This document shows positions 1 to 11,096 of a DNA stretch of 64,000 nt, one piece after another. The translations under genes and the position numbers were made by a program. Below the pieces are notes generated by a model, which was not told where the DNA came from, did not search any database, and saw only the letters and a list, made by a program, of their open reading frames with translations. The DNA comes from Lepidodermella squamata (Eukaryota; Animalia; Gastrotricha), in NCBI GenBank assembly GCA_047495785.1, contig JBLDXI010000020.1, positions 2,356,001 to 2,420,000 on the forward strand, written 5' to 3'. Within the stretch, counting starts at the first letter, position 1. Every line of letters starts with the position of its first letter.

Positions 1-332
1 GTTGGTCGGCATGGGACCGAATCCTTTGCTCAACATTCCAATTATTGATGCACTTTGTCGCGAAGTTGACATTCGTGGAATGTTCCGATACGCCAATTGG
101 TAATAATTTCAATTTAAAATTTTTTATTCAATTTTAATGATATTTTCTCAGTTTTCCAACGGCTGTTGCTCTCATTGCTAGCGGAAAGGTAGACGCGCTA
201 AAATTGGTGACTCACTGTGTCCCACTCGAAGAGGGAATCAAGGCTTACGAATTATCGGCTAACCCAGCTCAGTCGGGCGCAGTCAAGGTCATGGTCAACT
301 GCGAAGCTGGTGCATCGTGTGAAATTAAATAA
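1..332 (+). CDS. SORD: Sorbitol dehydrogenase paralogue A, 3' end only (gene runs off the window)
   Basis: Exons 1-99 and 152-332 splice to LVGMG...[28 protein letters not shown]...[15 protein letters not shown]...GAVKVMVNC. This is the MDR/SORD C-terminus and closely resembles the copy at 5009-6613. Confidence 0.85.
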
Positions 333-2552
333 TTTATGAATTTCGCATCCGAAGTTTAGCCTTAAAAAACTGTATAACGTTGATTTTTCGATTATATAAC
401 AAATTTTATCACGTTTTATTTTGATTTCTCCAATGATTTATTATTAATCAGTTCTTGCCGCGCCTTATTGTCGTTGAAATAAAATTTTGGCGTACGTTCG
501 AAGGCTGGACCAGTTCGTCCCAAGCCCTTGGTATCAGGAAAATACCTCTATGTCTAGACGAGAATATGTACGGTATACCTCCGACATTTTCCCATAGCCG
601 GTGCGAACGTCTTTTTCGTCAACATTTCATGCGAGATGTTCAAATCGATCTAGAAATTTCCGCGATCCAGACATGAAATTTGACGCGAACATCGAATAAA
701 ATGACCCACTCATGTGACTTCCCCGGCAAAAAAATCACACGCTCGTTTCGAATTTCTTAAATGGACGTCTCGCGCAAGACTCACGTTGGAAATTCGTCTA
801 AAAATTCGCTTCCTATAACGTACTCGCCTGGCGGAGGCGAAACGCAGGGTTTTCTCATTTACTTGAAAGTGCTTGATGTCGTTTTTTTACCACGCGCCAT
901 GTGATGGCGGGAGCTTTCGTGTCATCGAGATCCCCGGCGGTGTGCGCACCCACCTCAACGCGGGTCATCTTACACAAAATAATAACGTGCAAGTGAGAGA
1001 AAAAACCTATATATGAATTGAAAGCCTGTAAATGTTTCGCAGGTGTCGTAATGCGTAATACAGGCCATTATCAAGTGCGCATATTATAAAAATACACAAT
1101 TTTCATGCGGGCAAATTAGCTGCTGTTCAACGCTGTTTCCACCGGAGTATTTTCCATTACGCAAGTGTATACGAAGAGTCACAAGACCGAATAGGGTACA
1201 CGCATGCGCAGCGAATTTTTAATGTATCAAATTAAAATATTGCATCGTCAACCTAGGCGAATGGATGCACCCTATAACAACGAGTGAATCTCAGACACAA
1301 AAAATTCCGGTTTTTTTCATTTTTATTTTTTCAAAGATAAGGACACAAGGTTTTACCGGTACATCGCACTGGTATAGACTAGTTTTCTTTGTTTTTTCGG
1401 CACCGGAAATCCGAGATTGATGGCCCCGTGGCCCATCAAAATCCGTGATCTTGTTTTGTGACCAATACCCTCATTTTTTAATTATATTCGCCCGAGTTAT
1501 AGTTGAGATGAAGCAAGTGTACTGAGAATCCCACCTGTCAATAACATCTTGGCACGCGCAATTTAGACGAAAAAAGTAAATCAAAGACAAAACGGTGACG
1601 AATGTTGTTGGATTAATTGGTAAACTGCGGACATGGTTGTCGCAGAACCACGAATTTAAACTAGTGCAGTCGTCAACTGTCGCAAAATGACCAGTATATG
1701 AAATATCACCAGCGCATGTGACAAATCCGGACATACGGCGGGGAAATGATTGATCCCTTTTAGCCTTGATGCGTTTTAATATATATTATTACGACAAAGG
1801 CTTTTTAATTTTTTTATACATTGAAATACACAGGGTCATGTGAAAGTCGCTTTACGAAATTCGCTTACAGGCTTATCATCGTATTATTACTGCGCTCGTG
1901 CGTCGACAAATTGCACGTGTCATCACGTGGTTTTTGGCTGCGGCGGCGTCTACGATTACCGAAAGAGGTGTGATAATACAGCTGAGCTGTTTACGAATAA
2001 GCGAATTATACGACAGCGCGATGGGCGCCGTTGCTTTGTACTGTTTTCGTGACTACTGCTCTTTTGTTTTTCGCCTAGTTATTACATTATAATTAATACG
2101 CAATATATATTACATGTCATTAAAAGCCCACCTACATTTATCTTCAAGTGCAACACATCATATGATCACTTCTGTAATGTTAGATTCAAATCAAATATTA
2201 AGGCGGAGATTAGCTTGTTGAAAACTTTTTCACCCCAGTCTGCGACGATGCGTTTGTTCGTCTTCTCCTACACGTATTTTAGCGTAAATTTTTTATAATG
2301 GGCTTATTTTACAGTGAAAACCTGAGGCGGCGAGGTAGGGGTAGGGAGCGAATCATGTGACTAACGTGGACGCGCGATGAAAGTGCAGTGCGTCGGGCTA
2401 GGAGCTATATTTATATTAATGATAGTATATAAAAAAGCTTTATCCACACCTTATTTCTAATATTATAATCATTTAAGAGTCGTAATAGTAATAATAATAA
2501 AATGTACCACCTAGAGCCAACTCGGGTTTTTTAACGAAAATTGTGCACGCGC

Positions 2553-2640
2553 GTAAACAACGTCACGTCACGTGGAACGCCGAGTAACGCCGAGTGAAAA
2601 CAACCCAGCTACACTCACTTGCTCATTTACCTATAAAAGC
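2553..2640 (+). promoter_or_regulatory. Core/proximal promoter of the C2H2 zinc-finger gene
   Basis: TATAAAAG at 2632-2639, about 100 bp before the ATG; GTAAACAA (Forkhead-type) at 2553-2560; GTCACGTG E-box at 2567-2574; AACGCCGAGT repeated twice. Confidence 0.55.
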
Positions 2641-2738
2641 CGCCCAGACTTGCGCACTCTTTAATCGACTGCATTTTTTCCTCAACTGCGACACGGCAAT
2701 TAATAAAAAAAGAAGTCAAAATCACTGATCGTTGTACC

Positions 2739-3822
2739 ATGGATCGTATCTGCTTTCAGTGCGGCCTATTCTTCCCTGATCTTGAAATGCTTAACTGGCA
2801 TGTTCAAACGCGACACGGTGCCTTTAAAGGCCTTGATTATTCCGATCTCGAACGATTTTTGAAACAAGCCTTCGCTGCGCAACAATCGCTGGCAGCTCCT
2901 GCACCCCAGCCTCCACCAGCAATGGAAAGCAGCTCGCCACTTCTGTCGATGCCACTCGAAGTTGCGTTTCAGCTCACCCTGCAGAACTACCAGAATCGAG
3001 CCACCCTACTCGCAGCGCCGTCGATCGACGCGCCAGTTGACGATTCAATTTCATCAACTTCTTCATCACCGCCTATCAGCGTGAAGGAGAACGAGCCTAT
3101 TCGACCTGTAGCTGTTAAAGCGACGGCGCCAGCGGCGATTCAGCACGAAGAAAGCGACGACATCTGCTCGAAACGGCTGAGCCAATCGAGCCAGGGTGAC
3201 CACGATTGCTCGGCGAGCAATGACGCGCATTCGTCGGGCAGCCGCGAGCGGCGCCACGCGTGCGAATATTGCGGCAAGCGGTTCTACCAGAAGCGAACAC
3301 TGACGGCTCATCGGCGCATTCACACGGGCGAAAAGCCGTTCAAATGCCCGCTGTGCCCGAATACGTTCAAGCAAGCAACGCATCGCAATTGCCACGTGAA
3401 AACGCACGATCCGTCTTATCGGCCATTCGTTTGCGATACTTGCGGACGCGCTTTCGCTCGAAAATACAGGTAATACAAAAAACCACCTTAAAAATAACTC
3501 GAATTAATCTTTCTCATTTTTTTCTAGCTTGTCCGTGCATTCGTATATCCACGCTGGAATTTTTCCGTTCAAATGCGGATTTTGCGATAAAAAGTTCCGC
3601 CAATCGGCTGATATGCGGCGGCACGAGATGCGCCACCTGAAGCCGCTGCTTCAACAGACTCGAAATCAGCATTTCGCCAGCATCGCCGCCGCCGCCGCGG
3701 CAGCAACAGCGGCCTCTTCATCCTCGCCGTCAGTATCGCCGTTCTCGACGTCGTCATTCTCATCGCCACTCACCAGCGGCAATTCTATCGCGTCTAAATC
3801 AGTCATTTGCCCAAGTCTTTGA
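2739..3822 (+). CDS. C2H2 zinc-finger transcription factor (one isolated N-terminal finger plus four tandem C-terminal fingers)
   Basis: CxxC...HxxxH fingers with an HTGEKPF linker. Intron 3470-3527 joins ORF 2739 to ORF 3529 in frame. Poly-Ala/Ser tail. Confidence 0.9.
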
Positions 3823-5008
3823 GACGGGCGCTTGTCATAATATAACTTTGAAGCGTTCTATTTTCATATCATTTTAATCACTTTAGCCTGATTTTTCTAC
3901 TTGAATATTATACCGAGAAGTGAAGAAACTCATGATTGCTTATATATTTTCATAATATTATTATTATTTTAAGGGTGATTCTCTCCGATGATTTTCAAGT
4001 CTTTATCTTAACTTCAGGTGACTAAAGAATGTGTATGTATATTTTAATTATTCAATCGTTTAAATGTTTCTTGTTTCATGTTTGCTGATTTTTCGTTGAA
4101 TAAGATGTTGTGCGAAGATTGGAATAAAGCTGTGCAGTGAAAATGTACCGTGTTCGACTTTTCGACAATCAATAATTTAGACATTTTTACCTGTAACGGA
4201 CCGCGAAGCAAATTAATGATTTATAACGCGCGCCTTTTGCTGGAAAAGTCGCGAAATTGCACCGCCCAGTACTCGCAATTCGAAAGTTGACACCTGAAAT
4301 TGCCCTCTCAAGGTTATAAAAAAATCAGACAAAAAATGCGACTATTTTTTTTACGTAAAAAGTGTACCCCTTTAAATTTAAATTTGTCGTTCATACTCAT
4401 CAAATCTGCCGCCTATTAATAACTTGGTAGCGTCAAAAATAACCAGGTGCGTGAGTAGGTTGAATTTTTTTTCACTGGATAATTTTTTGCTGGAACCTTG
4501 AATAGCCACGAAAAAAGGCGCCATATTGTTTTCGGCCTTAATAGAGACGGACGGCTTTTGTTTTTTCTCTCGAGCGCGGCGCTCTCAGTGCGGGGCGTCA
4601 GGTAAATGACAAATGGCGCGTCGTTATCATTACATCTAGCATGCTAATGCCGCCGGGCCTGCAATTGGACGCCACACAGCTTAAAGTCGCCCGTCGTCTT
4701 ACACAAGAAAAACTGATGAATAATCGCGCGACTTTCCTCGCCAAATTTCAATCTTCTCAAATTTTGTTCCGAAGATAAACCGAAAAAGCGACAGAATTAT
4801 GTGGACATAGAAGATTAACTCGATTGAAAAGACACAAAGGAACAGAGAAAGGGATTGTGACCAGGATGCAGCAGATGTCACGACGGTGTTTATAAACCGA
4901 AATATTGCCGTAAATTTTAGCAATCAGTTCCTCGACAGCGGCCGTTTTTAGGTTTCCCTTTTTCGTTTTTCGTTTATTTTCTCGTTATCAACTTTCGTGA
5001 AAATTAAC

Positions 5009-6613
5009 ATGCTGACCTACGAAGAGCGTTCCGAATCCTCCATGACGTCGAACCGAAGCAGTTTTAACAGCTATGATAGCACTATCGAAGAGAATCTTTG
5101 CATTGTACTGCATGGCGTTAAAGATCTGAAGCTTGAAAAACGGCCCATTCCTCAACCAAAACCCAATGGTTAATTTTAGATTTTTTCTGAATTTTTTCGA
5201 TTTTATTTCTTTTATTTTCAGAGGTTCAAGTCGCAATTAGAACTGTTGGAATTTGCTGTAGCGACGTAAAATCTGATTAATTTCTTCGCTTTAGAACCTC
5301 AGAAATTTTGTTGATACGCAGGTTCACTATTATCACCATGGCAAAATCGGTGATTTCGTCGTTCGACAGCCGATGGTGATGGGCCATGAAGCCGCTGGCG
5401 TTGTAGCAGCCATTGGTTCAAGCGTGAAACACCTCAAAGTCGGCGACCGGGTGACAATTGAACCAACAGTCCCGTGTTCGCGATGTGCGGCCTGCAAAAC
5501 CGGCCGCTACAATCTGTGCCCCGATGTCACGTGCTGCGCAACACCACCCGTCGACGGCAACATGAGCCAGTACTACTGCCAATCAGCAGATTTCGTTCAC
5601 AGGTACGAACTCAATTTTCAATTTTTTTTCATTTATTTCACGATTTTTTACAGAGTTCCAAACAGCATGTCATGGATGCAAGCGGCCCTGTGCGAGCCTG
5701 TTGCCTGCGCAGTTTCCGCCTGCCGCCGCGGTCAGGTTGGGGTTGGCAAATCTGTTCTGATCTTCGGTGCCGGGCCCATCGGCCTTCTTACAGCTATGGT
5801 AGCCCGTGCTAGCGGCGTTTGTACTATCGGCATTGTTGACATAATGGCTTCGCGGCTCGAATTCGCTCGCTATGCCCTGGGTGATGATGTTGGGCTGTAT
5901 CTTAGTCGATTCAACACCTCAGCTGAACAAACCGCGCGAGAGGCCGTTAGCGAGGCGCTCAACGGCCACCAGCCTGACGTTACTATCGACTGCTCCGGTG
6001 CCGAGTCCGCTGTTCAAGCAGCAATTTTCGTATGAAAAAAAAACATTTTTGAAGCATCTGAATGACTGTCTTACTTTTTGACAGGCGACTAAAAGTGGCG
6101 GTGTAGTCACTCTGTGCGGGATGGGCAAGCCGGTCATTTCAATACCTATCTTAGAAGCCATGAGCCGAGAAATCGAAATCCGCGGCGTTTTCCGCTACGC
6201 AAACTGGTAATTTAATTTATTGCCGTGTGATTTTGTAAAATTTTATGTGATTAAAAACGCAGTTTTCCACCGGCAATTGCGCTAATTGCCAGCGGTCGAA
6301 TTGATGCAATGAAAGTTGTTACGCATTGTGTACCACTCGAGGACGGTATCAAAGCCTATGAATTGGCTAGCGACCCGGCCAAATCTGGTGCTGTAAAGGT
6401 CATGGTAGATTGCGAACGCTGTTTTAATGGTAATTTATTATTCTATTTCGGTATTTTGTTTCTTTTTTTATTAGCAATTTTACAGACTACTTTCCCGGAT
6501 ATTGTGTAAATGGCATGCTGTCGTCGAATGAACATCTGAACCGAGCTGATGAGGACAATTCAAGTGGTGATGAGCTGAGCATTTCGCGTCCTCTTTCAGA
6601 ATCATCGCGCTAA
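5009..6613 (+). CDS. SORD: Sorbitol dehydrogenase-like paralogue B, multi-exon, with Ser-rich N- and C-terminal extensions
   Basis: [37 protein letters not shown], structural-Zn CxxCxxCx7C, GAGPIG and FRYANC, all joined by short GT-AG introns. Confidence 0.88.
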
Positions 6614-7076
6614 AAATAGACTGAAGAATGGCTGTATGTAGAGTGCTTTTTTTGCTTTCGTGTGTCTATAATCCAAAAATGTACATCAATCGATAACTAA
6701 TAAACATCCGCGATTTTTTTTTCGTGTTGACCGTCGTTGTTGTTTACGTTGCTATAATCGCCGCATTTGACCCGAAAATCGGCATGCCGCCTTTGAGTGT
6801 TTGCCGCCGCGTTTGTCGAATTCGATTGAGCCACCACCGCGCCACGATGTCGCCGTCTTCAAGAAGCAATATAACGCAATCAGGCCAGTACAGTAGCAAT
6901 TAGCGTGACCTTCCGATTTTTTATTGCACAGATTGTTTCATCATCCAGTGCTTCGTCGTCGAATATTACACCAGTGTAATTGCCTTCGAACGCCGTCGTG
7001 TCATCCCAGTATAAATACGGCTACTGTCGCGACACAAAGTCTAGTCTGCAAGACTTTTTCTCAATCGAATTATACA

Positions 7077-8188
7077 ATGCAATACTTTACTGCTATCTTG
7101 TTTGTCGCTATCATCGTTGCTGTGAATGGCGCGCCAGCCCCGGCGGCGACTCCCGTCAGCAGCCCGGCCGAAATGCCGTTGTTCATTCAGCAAAAATATC
7201 GTCAGCTTCTGTCTAGCTGTCTCCAGCAAACAACGGCCGAGAATGCCAACAACTGCCGGCTCATCTATGTTGTCCCTGCCCGTCGCTGTTTGCCGCTACC
7301 TGGTCCCGCGAAATCGCCGAAAGAAATTTCGATGACCTGCGCTTTCCCGCTCGACGGCATCAATACCGAGCAGCTTTTCGTCGTCTGGACCAAATCCAGC
7401 CAACTCAAGCTGCGAAATGTCAACCCGATGCGAGTTGATTTAATCAAGCCGTCCTACTCGGTAAGAAAAAAGCCTAAAAATTGAGGTGGATTTTGACATT
7501 TTATTTGTTATTTCAGGACGTCGCTTTCGAGACTTTCATCGTCGATGATGCAAGCAACGCTGCCAATATCGACAATCAGCCGCACGAGCGTCTCTTCGTC
7601 GCCAATTTCACCATCGAAAGCAGCGAATCGATCGCCGAAGCCGGGCCGATTTCGTCGCCGGAGAATCTACCGTTTCTGTTCTTCTTCTCGAAACTTCACC
7701 TCAATCGCCTTGACTTGCAAAGCGATGATGTTTCGTCGCTGGCGTCATCAGTCATGCGCCGTGGTGTCGAGGTCGAAAACGCGCGTCAACCGCCGTGTAA
7801 ACGATCGCCGTTGAAAGTCCCGGTTAAATGGCTCCTGAGCGAGGAACAACGGGCCCGTGCGCTGTTTGTCTACCCGGCTGAGGCTGACATCGGAACCTGC
7901 TCATCGTTGGCGACAAAACTCGGCGTCGATTCGTGCCGCCTTGCGTCGAAAGACTGGTCCCGCGCCTACGACATGTTCAGAATCGGCCTTCGTCAAGAAC
8001 ACGAATCAAACCCGGCTAACCAAGAAGCTGCCGAAAAACGTCGTCTTCTGGGCGAACCGTCGTGTGTACCCGCTTCAACATCCAATTTCGAGTACATTCT
8101 ATCCGAAGTTCAGTCGAAGGAAGAACTATTCCGTTATCGTGTCGTTACTATATCTAAATTCATTGTTTCAAAGTGCGCTTGTTTATAG
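7077..8188 (+). CDS. Divergent TGF-beta/BMP superfamily precursor (~351 aa)
   Basis: Signal peptide MQYFTAILFVAIIVAVNG; intron 7461-7516; prodomain end motif PFLFFFS; mature region CKRSPLKV...YP...C...C...PSCVP...IVSKCACL; TATAAATA about 65 bp upstream. Confidence 0.8.
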
Positions 8189-8548
8189 TCTCAACGCTTT
8201 AGTCAGCTTTAGTTGCTCACCTAATTGTTATCTACTTATTATTTGTTGTTACCTTAACAACTTTATCATAGCTCTACCTCGCATCTTTAAAAGCGCACTT
8301 TGTGATACGAAGAAGTTATTTTTTGACCTTTGTTGTTATTGTTACGAGTGAATATTAAAAATAAACGCCGGTGATATTTCAATGAGATCATTTTATTTGT
8401 TATCAGCTGTCAATGCATCGGTGAGTATTTTCCATTTTTTAATCATTTTGCGAGGGTAGTGTTACTACATATTTTCGGCCAAAACAGATACAACAAAAAT
8501 AACACAAAAGACTTTCAAAAATATATAAAAAAAATAATCAACAAGAGT

Positions 8549-10060
8549 TCAGGCAATAGGCTTGATTGTTGGGGCTTTGTTCACAAATTGATTGACATCC
8601 ATAAGTTTGGTGGTAACTTGTGGCCGCTGGGTCATCGGAACCAGTGTGGAGTCTTGTTGGAGGAAAACCGCGCCAGATAGAAGTCGAATGTCAGCCCCGC
8701 GTTTCTCTTGAGTTCCCTCCCGAATGTCAACACCAGGAGACAGATCGATTTGTTCAATAATTGATCTCGCAACTTTACCGTTGATTTTATCGCTGTGGGA
8801 TTGTTGCGGATGGCCACCAGGGGCACGCTTTGGCACGACAGCTTTATTGCCGGCTTCATTTGAAGCAAGATCACCTGAACTATCTCCCTTGTTCTCCGCG
8901 TAAATTTGAGCTGCAGCGATGCCAGGTGTCATAGTTAAAGGCTTTAATCTGATTGGTTGGCGTACATGCAGCTTGTGCTGAATGTAGCGACCAGTTCGCA
9001 TAGCTTCCAAGTCAGCATTAGCTTTTTCGACACGAGGATCAACGACCATATAATCAGTGTTGACGAATAGAGGAGGGAACGATGCTGGGCTGATCCTTAT
9101 CATTGAAACAATGTTTCCGTACTAGAAAAAACAAAGTTATGCACATGTTTATCAAAACTTCATGTAAGGCTTACAGCATCGTAGTTGACGTCTTTCTCCA
9201 TAGGTGGCCGGCCTTTTTCGCGTTGCAGTGAAGCTTTTCCAACAGCAGCAATTAGAGCAGTTTTAACAGCTTTTGACGAGGCTGGTCCTTTGCTCTTCGT
9301 GCTACTGGATGCAGCAATTCCGGAATCGGATCCCAAGATTCCAATAGCTCGCTGAACAGAAAGTACAGCTACATTCGGCTTGAAAGGTTTCACGGTGGGA
9401 GCAGGTTGTTTGTGTTCTTTGTGCTTTTTCACTCCGTGTATCCGAACCCGAGTTTCTTCTCGGCCCTTACCGACATCATGGCTTTCAGCAGGTGCCGCGA
9501 CATCGGATGGCATTTTATCAAAACTATTCACTAAATCATCTGCTTCTAGATTTTCGACAATTTCCTCGAGAGATGCCTGGGAAGGGGGAGCTGGCATAGG
9601 AACAACAACCTGCTTCGGCACACTTCCTTCAGCCCATGAATCAATAGCTGAACATTCTGGCGGAAAATCAGCCTCCCATGACTGATCCAGTTCTTGACAA
9701 TCCTAAATTGGTTGAACAATCAGAATGAAAGATATCAATTTAAAGGTGGGCTTTATTGCTTACTTGGTGATCAGGATATGCAAGTTTGAACAAATCGAGC
9801 ATAAAATCCATGACTTTGCCAACAGTATATGGCGCTAGCTGCCGCTCTATTTCTATCGCCTTGATTTTATCATCGACAGTTTGCCTGATCTCTTGCACAA
9901 GTAATCCGATAAAGTCTTCATTATCGTCAAGTTGAAGCACAGCCAACCAATCGCTATCAGTAAATTTCCCCGGAATAATTTCGGATATAAGCTGAGGGGT
10001 TTGAGTGGTCGGCTGCCCCTTCTGATGCTTATCAGCCTTAGTTTTTGCAGCTTTCGACAT
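8549..10060 (-). CDS. C2orf81: C2orf81-like uncharacterised protein (3 exons)
   Basis: IIPGKFTDSDW...EDFIGLLV...RQLAPYTV and WEADFPPECSAIDSWAEGSVP resemble the C2orf81 blocks as I recall them (IVPGRL..W...PFT...DSWAQGSVP). ORFs 9740-10087, 9160-9621 and 8549-9103 are separated by short introns. Confidence 0.72.
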
Positions 10061-10166
10061 TGGTGACGGGCGGAGATCGACTGTCAAAAAGACGGAATGG
10101 CCAGACGCGATCCAGGAGCATCAATTGTTGAGGAGCAAGTCAACGAAAGCTGCAAAAACTAGACTC

Positions 10167-10180
10167 GTTGCTATGGCGAT
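10167..10180. promoter_or_regulatory. RFX X-box motif upstream of the C2orf81-like gene
   Basis: GTTGCTATGGCGAT versus consensus GTTGCCATGGCAAC, about 110 bp upstream of the ATG at 10060. Confidence 0.6.
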
Positions 10181-10289
10181 AATTAATCTCTAAAATATTG
10201 AAAACAGTAAAATAATACATTAAAAGGCATTATGTAATATATAAATTTAAAGGTGTGAATTTCTAAAGGGTATAAGTTTTATGGGGCTT

Positions 10290-10880
10290 ATTTTTTGGCA
10301 GCATTTTCTCCGACGCATCGAAATTGCAAATAGACTGCCAGAGAAGTGCAATGGCGATTGGCGATACGTAGGTCACGCGCTTCGAAAACCATTGCACACC
10401 TCTGAACTTTTTCCAGTTGGCAATGACCTGATATCTGGTCAGAAGAAACATTCAACTTGTTTGCCGCTTGCCTTCCTACATGCCTTAGAAGTGCGGTCGA
10501 CTGGTGTCGCTCTTGGATGTTCTTTAGCTAAGGTTTATGACTGATGTGATGCGACTCTCGAATTCGAGCTTCTGACACGGATACGCCCGTAGCCACCGCT
10601 TAAGGGCGTAGACGTGGGTGGCCATACTTTTCTAATGGCCGGAATGCTCAGAGGAACCAACATCTAAATCGTTTGTCGTCACCTCAGTCAGGCCCAGTTA
10701 GGGGTGTTCATTAGAAGGACTGTGCATCCAGTACAGTCCTCTTGGATGCTTGTCGGACTAGCCACTACGCTGACCTTATGGTCATGTCGTTGAGTCGTTC
10801 GCGGTGCCCAGCTTGTCAGTACCCTACCCTACCCTTGGGACTAAAACGTTTTAGTCTCAAGACCCTACCCCTACCTACCC
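10290..10880 (+). other. Stem-rich non-coding island (candidate structured RNA or element remnant)
   Basis: Many 6-13 bp inverted repeats, two interleaved stem pairs, and mismatches that read as G-U pairs on the + strand. No credible ORF. Confidence 0.35.
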
Positions 10881-11096
10881 TGCCTCAATCACAATTATTT
10901 ATCCGCCATCCACCAATTCAAGACTCGAATTAGCAGCAAGATTCATTCACCACTGAAGTATTTTAAGCTAAGCATCCCGCAAATTATGTGAATCCAATTT
11001 ATCGTGTTTTTGGCTGCTGCATATTAGTCGATGAGTATTTTGGCTTTGTCGTCCATAGGTAATGAATTAGACGTAATTTCTTTGTATGAAGCAGTC

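Noticed and set aside
455-2092. Short ORFs of the track with TTG/GTG starts here and elsewhere
   Set aside because: Prokaryote-style start calls in non-coding eukaryotic DNA, with no homology cues or splice support.
10250-10350. Possible SL RNA gene (ATTTTTTGG Sm-like site at 10290)
   Set aside because: There is no convincing leader/donor stem upstream, and the motif is common in AT-rich DNA.
10283-10925. Island tested by eye as tmRNA, RNase P/MRP, telomerase RNA, and HDV-like or hammerhead ribozyme
   Set aside because: Only fragmentary resemblances (CCACCA, CCCTAAC, a G-U-closed P1-like stem). The required acceptor stem, P4 pairing, template or catalytic core could not be assembled.
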